Shown: piece by piece, positions 1-11,822 of the stretch
Numbering within the stretch: the first letter of the stretch is position 1
Layout of the letters: the number at the start of each line of letters is the position of its first letter
Assembly (NCBI GenBank): GCA_950097015.1
Contig: CATNEN010000031.1
Location: forward strand, 1,116,001 to 1,180,000
Length of the DNA stretch: 64,000 nt
Direction of reading: 5' to 3'
DNA from: Macrostomum hystrix
Lineage: Eukaryota > Animalia > Platyhelminthes
Position numbers and translations under genes: made by a program
The notes under the pieces: generated by a model
Database searches by the model: none
What the model was told of the DNA's origin: nothing
The model's input: the letters and a program-made list of their open reading frames with translations, nothing else

Positions 1-42
1 GGCTGAGATGCAGGTAAAGCTTAGTGGGAAATCACTACACAC

Positions 43-3000
43 CGATTTAGGTCGGGGCAGATCCAGAACGGCGAATCCGCGCTTAAAATCGTTAAAGCTC
101 AGCAGCGCACTGTGGCCGGCGAAGTTCTGTAAAAAGGAAATATTGCAAAATGCATACGAGCATATAAGTACGTATATATCGAACTCGTTTAAGCGAAGCA
201 AATAATCAATAATCAATAATATCCGTTCTGGAGACCCACTCGAAAGAGGCCACGGGAGATAACAGCGGACTATTATTAAAGAGGCCTTGGGAGATAACAG
301 CGGACCGTTATTAAAGAGGCTATGGGAGATAACAGCGGACCATCTTCAAAGAGGCCATGGGAGATAACAGCGGACTATTATTAAAGAGGCCTTGGGAGAT
401 AACAGCGGACCGTTATTAAAGAGGCTATGGGAGATAACAGCGGACCATCTTCAAAGAGGCCATGGGAGATAACAGCGGACCATCATTAAAGAGGCCTTGG
501 AAGATAACACAGACTAGGCCGTACAGCCGCTATTGTCCGCTGGCTAGCACAAAGAAGCATCAAAATGGCACCTCTCTGAGAATGGCGAGTCGCCACTCGG
601 GCAGTCGAAGACGGTCAAGCAGGGCCACGACGCAGACCAGTGGGACAGTGGCAAAATCTGGACGCTCGCATAGCAACCGTTGTTTACGCCTCAGTAGCTG
701 CTTCAGTCTTTTAGACTTGTCGAAACTGCAACAGCAGTGCAACGCCTGAAATGCGGCCAGCACGCCAAGGCGACGCCGAAAAAGGCGCGTCTGCATCGAG
801 CCGGTGAGGTAACCACGAAACTGGTTGTAGAACACTGCGGTCAGCATGTTCATAAAGCAGAACAGGCCAATGAACAGGTAGACCATGAAGAATACAGAAT
901 AGAGCCGGTTGAAATTGTACGACCTCATGGTGACGTCTGGATTGTTTGCCGTAGTTAGCAGGACCAGCATGTTGAACAGAGCCTGTGGAAAGCTGCTGAA
1001 CTCGTTGCCCATTTCAACCTGTGCGATTAAACAGTGAGACTATGTCAAATGGGTCAAGGGTCAGAGAATTAAACGAGGAACAGAGAAGGTCAGAGAAGGA
1101 ACAGAGAAGGTCAAATGACGAACAGAAAGAACAAGGAACAGGGAAGGTCAGAAGAGGAACATTGAAGGTCAAATAAGGAACAGAGGTCGAATTGGTAGGA
1201 AAGCTTTTGATTCAACTAACCAAAGCGGTGCTATTGTTCCCAGTAGCATTTGTTTCTCCGGCCTCTTCAACGCGCATATCAAGCGCCAAATCGATTGGCT
1301 GAATAATACACATTGCAATCAATGTGAAGATGAACAAGTAGACAGCTATAAGGATTAGGACTCTGTGGGGAAAGATTAGAAAATTATAGCTAATAAATAA
1401 GCAAGCAAGCAAATTAAGCAGGTAAGAATTGCATAGGATGGGATGGGTACTCACGTGAGCACCTGTGGCACAGTTCTGTGCAAACACTTAATAGTCTTCT
1501 TCATCAGCGAAGAATGCTGCACAAGAAAGAACGGCCGAAGCGCCCGGTGCACGTGAAAGAAGCCGCTGCAGCCGGATGCCACAAAAGCCACAGACATTGT
1601 GGCCGACAGGCTCAATATAATAAAGTAGGCTATTAACCAGGGCTGTTTGAGCACATCCTGCTCAGACTGAAGAAGCACCGACTGGAATTGAAGTTAGGTT
1701 TGCCGGTAGATCTCGGTGAATTAAAAAAAAATTTTTAATTCTGGCGAAATGACAAAAAATAACGGGAGATCCTGATAAGAATCACGGGAAATCTCACTAA
1801 GAAGTCCTATTCAGAATCACGGAAAAATCTTATTGAGAATCACGGGAAATCCTACTAAGAATCACAGGAAATCCTACTGAGAATCACGGGAAATCCAACT
1901 GAAAATCACGGGAAATCCAACTGAGAATCACGGGAAATCCAACTGAAAATCACGGGAAATCCAACTGAAAATCACGGGAAATCCAACTGAGAATCACGGA
2001 GAATTCTTACTAAGAATCATGGGAAATCCTACTGAGAATCACGGAAAATTCTTACTAAGAATCATGGGAGATCCTACTGAAAATCACCGGAGATCCTACT
2101 GAAAATCACCGGAGATCCTACTGAAAATCAGGGGAAATCCAACTGAAAATCACGGGAGATCCTACTAAGAATCATGGGAAATCCTACTGCTACTGAGAAT
2201 CACCGGAGATCCTACTGCTACTGAGAATCACCGGAGATCCTACTGCTACTGAGAATCACCGGAGATCCCACTGAAAATCACGGGAAATCCAACATAAAAT
2301 CACGGGAAATCCAACATAAAATCACGGGAAATCCAACTGAGAATCATGGGAAATCCTACTGAGAATCACCGGAGATCCTACTGTAAAATCACGGGAAATC
2401 CAATTGAAAACCACGGCAAATCCTCCTAGAAAACCACGGGAAATCCTCCTAAAATATCACGGAAAATCCTTTAAAAGTACTAAAAATAAAAATATTGGGA
2501 AATCTGAAACTGTTTAGAAAAATTTCTGGAATTACGAAGCATCACACTTTGAATTTCAGAAAATCTCACTCACAATCAGACAGAGAAACTGAAAACTGAT
2601 GAATCTGGGGAAATCCCTGCAAGAATCTATACCATTTTTTACCCACAATGAGACAAAAGTCAATAATGCTACAGTTTAAATCCAGCTACTAATGTGTTGA
2701 GACTAACAGCTCATTCAGGTGAGAGTCAAATCACAGACAATAACGGCACCCACATACACACGCATATCTAACTGAAGTATACCTTGACAACGGCGTCAAC
2801 AAAGAACACGGCCAAGCAGATAAACTCAAGCATGGCGGGCACCCAGCATGGCACCTGATGGCGAAGGTGGGGCAAACTGTAGGCGGGACTGCTAATGTCA
2901 GCTGTGCCAGACAGGGAACTGCTGGGATACTCTATGATGGCCAGCAGGTGGATAACGGCGATGGCTGCGCCTACGGTCCTAAATGTCGCGGATAGTTATA

Positions 3001-4489
3001 TTGACAGATGTAGGTCACGAGTTCGAATTCAGGTGTTTAATTATGAGAATTGAGATTCAGTTATTCACTCACCACTGCCATACTGGTGAATAGTAGATTC
3101 TGTACAAGCGAAGCATGCGATAAGAGGCTCTGTGGAACACTGATCTGTAATGCACCGCGTCTTCTATGTACACGGCTGCCTGGCACATGGTGTCTTCGTC
3201 TGCAACAAACACAAGAAGCACTTTTAATTACTTTTATGCCTCTCTTATTTACCAAAGAGATGTATAATTAATAGGATCGAGACAACAGGTGATCTAAGTG
3301 AGGGAACAGGAAGATCATCTGGGAAGATGACTGCTCCACCTAATAATCCGGGAAGACGACTGCTCAACCCGATGATCCAGGAAGACGACTGCTCAAACCC
3401 ATGATCTGGGAAGACGACTGCTCAACCCTGTGGATCTGGGAAGATGACTGCTCAGCCCTGTGGATCTGGGAAGACGACTGCTCAGCCCTGTGGATCTGGG
3501 AAGACGACTGCTCAACCCTGTGGATCTGGGAAGATGACTGCTCAGCCCTGTGGATCTGGGAAGATGACTGCTCAGCCCTGTGGATCTGGGAAGCAGACTG
3601 CTCAGCCCTGTGGATCTGGGAAGATGACTGCTCAGCCCTGTGGATCTGGGAAGACGACTGCTCAGCCCTGTGGATCTGGGAAGACGACTGCTCAGCCCTG
3701 TGGATCTGGGAAGACGACTGCTCAGCCCTGTGGATCTGGGAAGACGACTGCTCAGCCCTGTGGATCTGGGAAGACGACTGCTCAGCCCTGTGGATCTGGG
3801 AAGATGACTGCTCAGCCCTGTGGATCTGGGAAGATGACTGCTCAGCCCTGTGGATCTGGGAAGACGACTGCTCAGCCCTGTGGATCTGGGAAGATGACTG
3901 CTCAGCCCTGTGGATCTGGGAAGACGACTGCTCAGCCCTGTGGATCTGGGAAGACGACTGCTCAGCCCTGTGGATCTGGGAAGACGACTGCTCAGCCCTG
4001 TGGATCTGGGAAGACGACTGCTCAGCCCTGTGGATCTGGGAAGACGACTGCTCAGCCCTGTGGATCTGGGAAGATGACTGCTCAGCCCTGTGGATCTGGG
4101 AAGATGACTGCTCAGCCCTGTGGATCTGGGAAGATGACTGCTCAGCCCTGTGGATCTGGGAAGATGACTGCTCAGCCCTGTGGATCTGGGAAGACGACTG
4201 CTCAACCCTGTGGATCTGGGAAGACGACTGCTCAGCCCTGTGGATCTGGGAAGATGACTGCTCAACCCTGTGGATCTGGGAAGATGACTGCTTGGATGAA
4301 GATGAGGTCCAGGGGATCCAGGAACCTACCAATGACAGAGGCATCGTCCATGTTGAAGGGCTCAACGCCGGGTTCAATCCAGGATCCAGGCGTTGACCAA
4401 TCATTGTTGCCATCAGCTTCGGGTACATCGGCGGCATCGTCAAGCTTCTGCTGGTCGTTATCAGCTGCGGCGGTGAGCAATGAGCTCAT
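43..4489 (-). CDS. TPCN2: Two-pore calcium/sodium channel, TPC2-like (multi-exon, 3' part beyond window start)
   Basis: Exons joined by hand with GT-AG sites and consistent phase: 4489-4330, 3199-3073, 2978-2783, 1681-1455, 1362-1221, 1018-572, 126-43. Translation gives QAAVYIEDAVHYRS, LAIIEYPSS, HRALRPFFL, and the domain-I filter LLTTANNPDV plus FYNQFRGY, all characteristic of TPC2. Confidence 0.9.
245..510. repeat. Intronic minisatellite, 35-bp unit (gggagataacagcggactattattaaagaggcctt)
   Basis: About 7 tandem copies; period 35 (254 to 289). Confidence 0.9.
1770..2465. repeat. Intronic minisatellite, ~22-bp unit (gaaaatcacgggaaatcctact)
   Basis: Degenerate tandem copies in a TPC2 intron. 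Confidence 0.9.
3312..4292. repeat. Intronic minisatellite, 30-bp unit (ggatctgggaagatgactgctcagccctgt)
   Basis: About 33 near-identical copies filling TPC2 intron 1; produces spurious long ORFs on both strands. Confidence 0.95.
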
Positions 4490-4699
4490 GATTTTTGTCA
4501 GCAATTAATATGTAATCAATGGTCAGCGAACACAGCTGTCAATTATGCCTTGCCAACATCAAACTGGCTTCTGAAAAAACAGCTGAGAGTATGAAGTTAA
4601 AATGCTTTCTTTTTTTGGAACTGACCGGACGGACTATTTCACAAAGCTATACTTAATTATATGCCAAGTTTTGTATAATAATAATATACTATTTGATTA

Positions 4700-4974
4700 C
4701 ACCTATACCAATTGGGCCAGATGTGCAGCCGACAGCACAGCCGCAGCTATTGCGCGGCGCATCTGTACGGCTGTACAGTCCATGGACTGGGGGGCGCTAC
4801 ACCCACACTTGACTACCCCAGCGAATGCTGGTACCCATTTAACAGCTGGGTGAACTGAAGCAATTCAGAGTTTTAAAGTGTCTTGCTAAAGGACAATACA
4901 ATTGTTCTAGTGGAGAGTAGACTCGAACCCCCGACCTTTAAGTCGTTAAGTCTGACGCTCTAACCACCAGGCTA
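4700..4974 (-). mobile_element. tRNA-derived SINE, family B
   Basis: Minus strand begins tagcctggtggttagagcg (A box) ... ggttcgagtct (B box), then a body with cacccagctgttaaatgggtacc. Homologous copies at ~55425-55966 (-) and head only at 35779-35870 (+). The 3' limit is approximate. Confidence 0.75.
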
Positions 4975-5344
4975 CTTACAACTCGATCCGAAAAAAAAAA
5001 ATAAAATAATTAAAACGGTGCGACACAATGTATCCAAAAAAAGTGCATCATTCATAGAATATGTTTATTAGGCTAAAAAAGCTGGTCAGTTTAGATTTGC
5101 TTTGTTAGGCAAGTTTTTCAGTGCGTGCGACTTACGGATGTGGCAAGTGCATCGGCAGGATTATCTCAGCATTACATCGTTTAAATTCTAAAAAAATAGC
5201 TACACCGTTTGTCAGTTTACATATTGAGACAATGAAAGCAGTTCGGGAAAGTGCTAATATGACCAAAATGCGGTTAGTAAAAATGCAATCGAAATAAAAT
5301 ATACTACTTTATTAAGCAGGTCTCACCCTATGGATCTAAGAAGA

Positions 5345-6165
5345 TATCTCAGCCTGAGAATCTGAGAGAAGTGCTGAGCTTGAGGATCTGCGGCAAGTGC
5401 TCAGCTTAAGGATCTGAGAGAAGTGCTCAGCTTAAGGATCCGAGAGAAGTGCTCAGCTTAAGGATCTAAGAGAAGCGCTCAGCTTAAGGATCTAAGAGAA
5501 GTGCTCAGCTTAAGGATCTGAGAGAAGTGCTCAGCTTAAGGATCTGAGAGAAGCGCTCAGCTTAAGGATCTAAGAGAAGTGCTGAGCTTGAGGATCTGAG
5601 AAAAGTGCTCAGCTTAAGGATCTAAGAGAAGCGCTCAGCTTAAGTATCTAAGAGAAGTGCTCAGCTTAAGGATCTAAGAGAAGTGCTCAGCTTAAGGATC
5701 TAAGAGAAGTGCTCAGCTTAAGGATCTAAGAGAAGTGCTCAGCTTAAGGATCTAAGAGAAGCGCTCAGCTTAAGGATCTAAGAGAAGCGCTCAGCTTAAG
5801 GATCTAAGAGAAGTGCTCAGCTTAAGGATCTGAGAGAAGTGCTCAGCCTGAGAATCTGAGAGAAGTGCTGAGCTTGAGGATCTGAGAAAAGTGCTCAGCT
5901 TAAGGATCTGACAGAAGTGCTCAGCTTAAGGATCTAAGAGAAGTGCTCAGCTTAAGGATCTAAGAGAAGTGCTCAGCTTAAGGATCTAAGAGAAGTGCTC
6001 AGCTTAAGGATCTAAGAGAAGCGCTCAGCTTAAGGATCTAAGAGAAGCGCTCAGCTTAAGGATCTGAGAGAAGTGCTCAGCCTGAGAATCTGAGAGAAGT
6101 GCTGAGCTTGAGGATCTGAGAAAAGTGCTCAGCTTAAGGATCTGACAGAAGTGCTCAGCCTGAGT
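5345..6165. repeat. Minisatellite, 26-bp unit (gtgctcagcttaaggatctgagagaa)
   Basis: About 31 tandem copies. Confidence 0.95.
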
Positions 6166-6759
6166 ATATGTGCCTTGGGGGAGCTAGGATGGAGATATAG
6201 GTTGGCTACTACCAAATTAACAAGAAAAAAGTTCAGTGTGCTTTGCTTAACAATCCAGTACATGAAAATGTCATCAATATTGCTACAGAGTAGTAAAATC
6301 AGCTAAATACGAGCGTTTAATAAAGTAGTGTTTTTTTGTAAATTGACCTCAATAGATAAATAAATTCGCGCATTTTCTCACATGGATTCTACATGGATAC
6401 CATAGTTAATGTGTACACAGAAAAGAGAGTATTTATCAAAAGCAGCGACGAAAAGCTTTAAAAAATAATATGTAACTACAAATATTTTTTGTATTTGGCT
6501 GAATCTAATACTAATATTTAATAGTTAGTTCAATCCGACAATTGCCTGTAATTATAAATTAATATTTAATTGTTTCCGTACTTTTGTCATTACGCATGTT
6601 AATGTGATAATAACACTGTTAAGAAAATGAGGAGAATGTTACTGGCGTTCTTATATAAAAATTTTATTATTTATTAATAATTTTCCTGTGGGAAGTTTTC
6701 ATACAGGTTAATTTGTTATCTAAACAGTTATATTTGCACTGCAGAACAAGCCTTAACTA

Positions 6760-7135
6760 GCAGACCAATTATCTGGCAGGTTAATTATCTACCAGACCAA
6801 TTATCTGGCAGGTGAATTATCTGGCAGACCAATTATCTGGCAGGTTAATTATCTACCAGACCATTTATCTGGCAGACCAATTATCTGGCAGACCAATTAT
6901 CTGGCAGACCAATTATCTGGCAGGTGAATTATCTGGCAGACCAATTATCTGGCAGGTTAATTATCTACCAGACCAATTATCTAGCAGGTGAATTATCTGG
7001 CAGACCAATTATCTGGCAGGTTAATTATCTACCAGACCATTTATCTGGCAGACCAATTATCTGGCAGACCAATTATATGACAAACCAATTATCTGGCAGG
7101 TGAATTATCTGGCAGACCAATTATCTGGCAGGTTA
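6760..7135. repeat. Minisatellite, ~16-bp unit (gcagaccaattatctg) with variants
   Basis: Tandem copies downstream of the FBXW9-like stop. Confidence 0.9.
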
Positions 7136-7352
7136 ACTGTCCAACAGGTAACTTTTGGACTCAATTGGATGTTTAACTCAATAAAGATATTAAACAGTTA
7201 GATTATCCTGAAGGTTGGTTATCTACAAGTGAAATTATCCTGAAGTTAAATATTATCCCGCATGTAAAATTAACTACTTAGTGATTCTATTTGCAGCCAA
7301 ACATTTTTCACTGGCAATAGTCGGAGCACAAATCGAGTACAGATCACTCAGG

Positions 7353-7571
7353 TTAATCACGCCACCAGAACTGCAAATCGCCGTCTAGGGAACCAGTGGC
7401 CACAACTTCGTCACGGCAGCTGACTGAGACGGCATCGGGCCAGCTAGCCAGCGGTCTAGGCGGCAGGGTGGCCAAATAGGCCAGCATTGGCTGCTTCTCC
7501 CGGCAAACTAGCAGTGCACCCCCGGGCGCGTCCAAGCAGGTAACTTTATTGCAAACCCCAATCTGTTGTTG

Positions 7572-7613
<42 letters not shown>

Positions 7614-9583
7614 TTGTTGTTGAAAGTCACTGATGGACTCCGCAGCGTCCAGATCGGCAGCCAGACCGCTGGCATCAAACAGGCGACACTGTCGTTTGCA
7701 CCAATTGAAGCAGCGAATACCGCCGTGCTGAACAGCGCCCCATATCGGGACAATGTCCTCGCTGAAGTTGTCAGCGCCGGCGAAGCTCAGCTGCTGCTGG
7801 GCCACGCAGCGAAGGTAGCGAGAACGACCCAGGCTAAACTGCTGCACAGGCTGGCCAAGATTGGCGCGAAGGTCCGTCACGCAGACATTCGTGTCTTCGC
7901 CTATAGAAGGATAATAGGAGAGGCTGGTGCTATTTAGGATGTTTATAAGAAATGTGCAAACTTTTACACTTTCTCAGATGACCTCCATTTGAGGTAGCTT
8001 ATTACCTCTGACCTACATACATTTGTGGGGTAATTTACAGCATAACTACACCTGACCTACATACCTTTCAGGGGTATTTTACTACCTCTGACCTACATAC
8101 CATTGAGGGGCAATTTACAACACCTGACCTACATACCTACATAAATTTGAGGGGTAATTTACTATCTCTGACCACTGACAGGTGATTTATGACCCCCGAC
8201 CTTAGATAACGTCATTTGGTGATTTATGCCTAGCAAAATTGTAAGGTTAACAAAAAACAATGAACTAGTTAGACAAGCCGCACCAGCCGTGAGCAGATGA
8301 TGCTCGGACAGGGGCAGCACACAGAGCACAGGCCGCGAGCTGTGCGCAGTGACTCGTCGCCTGGTGTCGCGAATGTCTCTGCAGTCCAGCACGTAGGCGC
8401 TGTGATCGAAGCAGCCGGCAACGGCGAGATTCTTGCTTAGCCAGGCAGTACACAGCACCGGACTGCCTAGCATGACAGCGTCGGCCATCTGGGCTGGGTG
8501 CAAGGCGAAGCGGCGAAGCACCCGGTCCCAGCAGCCGGTGAGGACAGAGTCCTCCTGGGCGGCCACTGTCCAGATCCAGCCGCGATGGTGCTGACGATCG
8601 CGATAGGCGAAACACTCGGCATCGGCGGCGCCGGAACGGATGCCGTGGAGCGACACCAGACCGAAGGTCTGCGCGATAGCAGCAATAAATTAGCGCATTA
8701 AGGTACCCTGTATTTAGCCTTCTTCCCTGAAGTTTCACACTTCCCTGAAGTTTCACACTTCCCTGACGTTTCACTACCCTGAAGTTTCACTTCCCTGAAG
8801 TTTCACACTTCCCTGAAGTTTCACACTTCCCTGAAGTTTCACACTTCCCTGAAGTTTCACACTTCCCTGAAGTTTCACACTTCCCTGAAGTTTCACACTT
8901 CCCTGAAGTTTCACACTTCCCTGAAGTTTCACACTTCCCTGAAGTTTCACTTCCCTGAAGTTTTACCTCCCTAAAGAGTCCTGACAATTCCTCCTATTCT
9001 AAAAGTACAAAGGCAGGCCCACCTGATCGCGGGAGCCGACAGCGGCCAGTTCGCAGCCGCGCGGCAGCAGCTGCAGAGCGTCGATGCACAGCCCTATGCC
9101 GTACGGCAGTCGCCTTCGCTTGGCGTTGTCGAAATGGCCAAATCTGGACACGGCTGTCTCCAGCGCCGCGCATCGTCTGCGCCAGCGGTGTCCGGCGAGG
9201 TCATCGTCCTCCTCCTCCTCCTCCACCACAGGCACGCGGGCGCCGTTGTCAATGTCAACACTGGGAACTGACTCGGCAGAGCTCAGCACTAGCTCGTCTG
9301 GCAGGCGATGACGTCGAGGCATTATCCGGCCGGTTTCGGCTTTGCCGACCATTTCGACATCGCCAGCGTCCAGGTTGACGCCGTCAACAATGCGGCAATG
9401 AAGCAGACTGCGGGTTCGCATCTGCCAGAATATGCGACTAGCCAGCAGCTGGTGCAGGTGGCGACAGCTAGAGGCCAGGCTAGCCACGGAGCGGCAGTCC
9501 AGGTGGCTGCAGATGCGTTCCACCAGCTCAACTGGTAGGAGAGCCAACTGAGCTAGCTGACCATCCGTTGGCAGGTGTGTCAT
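7353..9583 (-). CDS. FBXW9: F-box/WD40 protein, FBXW9 (MEC-15)-like
   Basis: Exons 9583-9023, 8668-8284, 7900-7353, phase-consistent. N-terminal F-box LALLPVELVERICSHLD. WD motifs HRGWIWTVAAQEDSVLTGCWD, HSSRPVLCV, TAGEDTNVCVTDLRA and VATGSLDGDLQFW match the FBXW9 pattern as I recall it. Confidence 0.85.
8720..8970. repeat. Intronic minisatellite, 18-bp unit (cttccctgaagtttcaca)
   Basis: About 13 copies in FBXW9 intron 1; a 16-bp sister array lies at 11565-11702. Confidence 0.95.
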
Positions 9584-9711
9584 TGCTTACCTGTGTGTAG
9601 CAGAGGCTGTAACACTGCTGCAATAATTTATTTTCAGATTTTAATTGAGAATATTTTTTCTACTCTAGAGTGTGCTCAAATTCTATGGCTAAAATTGTAG
9701 ATAGCTTTGAA

Positions 9712-11237
9712 CAAGGACTTCGATATAATAGCATCTGGACTGGAAACGAGAAATAAATTTCACAAATATTTTACCACATGAGGCCAATGTTTAGCTGAGC
9801 ACAGCGGCTCTCCAGAGAAACATATCTACTTAAGCCGTCACACATCTCAAAGCGCCTACATTCCAGGCATGCACATTGAATTTGGTGGAAATCCTATGTT
9901 GTGGAGAAAACTGGAGTCTACTTTTCTCGGAGAAGCATTTCCAATTGATTTCAATGGCGTTTCAAATTGGCATTCCATCGGTCTCTTAGCTGTTCACCAT
10001 AGACACTTGTTCCAGAACTGCCACGACTTATGGCCACGTAGTGGCCATATTTGAACCAATTTGAATTGAATCAGATTTCCTAGTTGTTTCATTTCATACT
10101 CAACGCAGTTTCCTCAGTTTTCTTTGCCAAGGATTTCTGCGCCATGAAAGCATATCCTTCACTGTGGTGAACACGTGTTCCGCATTCGGTTGCAAGAGCA
10201 GCTTCGCTAATAGTTCAACGCCGGATGTCCGGAGCCAACTACTTCATTTCTGCAAGGCAGCTGACTGAAAACAGTCGCAAAATTGCTGCGATCAGTCTGC
10301 CGAAGTTTTCTCTGCTGTCACTGGCCGATATTGACAATGTCATTGAGTCAATCTGCGCCAAGGATCAGCGCGTGAAGGAACTGGCGCGAGAGTTTGCAAG
10401 CAAGATGGAGATGAATATCCAGCTATTGAGCACTGCACCGTCATCTACTATATAAGTGGAGCAGTCGCTAAGAAATTCGTGCAAAGGAAGCGCGGGTGCG
10501 CATCTTGCCGCGAACTTCTGCTTGGCTCTGACGATCTGCCGCCTCTTGAGACTGATGGCGGGATTCAGGCCACAGCCATCGTCTTCTTGGAGGAGATCAA
10601 CCGGGGTGGCCTGTCCAAGCCGTCTGATATCGCTTTTGGGCTGGCCAGACACTGCTGGCAGGTGTTCGAGGAGATCCGGCAGAGCAATGAACTGCGCAGA
10701 CGGCTGCATGCATGCAGCTGTTCTGTCACATTGTCGATGAGATGATGGATGACAGCAACTATCTGGAACATTTCATGGGTCAGACGATGTGCACGGATGG
10801 CCATGATGTGAAAGAAGGAATCGTCTGTGCATTTTTCAACTGCATGATCAAAAATCTAGTCAAGGATGTTTCGGTTGGTGGAGCCGGGGCTCGAAGTAAG
10901 CGAAAGTCGGCCAAACTTTCCGTGCAAGTACAGACAAGTAACTTTCATTTGATGCCAATATGACCTCTGTAAACACTCTTCTGCAAGTTCTACGTTAACA
11001 TTGCCTACGTGTTTTGTTTGTTACCGATTGTTTGAAGCACACCTGCATATGCGTTAATCCATTTGAATTTGCGTTGTTGGTTCAAGGTATTTCCGATCTT
11101 GCATTTCCCAATTTGACAGATTCCATAGAAATCAGGGGAAAACTGGCCTCATGAGGTAATGGATATTTCTTGCTTCCAGTCTATTTTCCAGTCTATGCTT
11201 CCAGTCCAGTCCAGATGCTATTTTATATAAGTCCTTG
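9712..11237 (+). mobile_element. Internally deleted P-superfamily (THAP9-like) DNA transposon
   Basis: Imperfect TIRs caaggactt..atagcatctggactgga / tccagtccagatgcta..aagtccttg. 8-bp TSD gctttgaa (9704-9711) / gttttgaa (11238-11245). THAP N-terminal remnant VNTCSAFGCKS at 10164 is joined to transposase C-terminal motifs SGANYFISARQL and INRGGLSKPS, frameshifted (10225-10963). Confidence 0.85.
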
Positions 11238-11564
11238 GTTTTGAAGAATAAAAAAAATGAAAAAACAAGTATTCACTGATGGGCAGTAAGTCCTGCCAAA
11301 TTTATTAAAGCCATTTTTACACAACGAAGCATTAAGAATAGTTGAATAAAGATGAATAATGCATTAATTAGCAAGTAAAACAGGAGTAGCCAATCTGACA
11401 ATACAAAAGTTTGACAGCCCAACTTTATTAGTTGAAATACAAAGCTAATTATTTATTTTTCCGGTCGTCGCGTAGACAGTATTGGGCAAAAATGCAAGCT
11501 TTAAAAGGCAAACAAATAATTTATAAATATAGAATAAGAATAATTAAAGAATCCCTAAAGTATC

Positions 11565-11702
11565 ACTTCCCTGAAGTTCTACTTCCTGAACTTTCACTTC
11601 CCTGAAGTTTCACTTCCCCGAAGTTTCACTTCCCCGAAGTTTCACTTCCCCGAAGTTTCACTTCCCCGAAGTTTCACTTCCCCGAAGTTTCACTTCCCTG
11701 AA
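11565..11702. repeat. Minisatellite, 16-bp unit (cttccccgaagtttca)
   Basis: About 8 copies just 3' of the CLP1 stop codon. Confidence 0.9.
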
Positions 11703-11822
11703 ATTCCATATCTATTTTAATCCCGGTATTTGATCATAGCATACATAAACGTAATAGTCATTGTACCCGTCGCACTGCCCTTGTCACACCGGAAACAACA
11801 GCTTTCTTAGAAACAAACTTGG

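Noticed and set aside
3364-4508. Four ORFs of 290-359 aa (WIWEDDCSAL, SSQIHRAEQ repeats etc.)
   Set aside because: They are translations of a stop-free 30-bp minisatellite inside TPC2 intron 1 and are open in several frames on both strands.
7566-7937. Poly-Leu signal-peptide-like ORF on plus
   Set aside because: Antisense reading of the FBXW9 polyQ exon.
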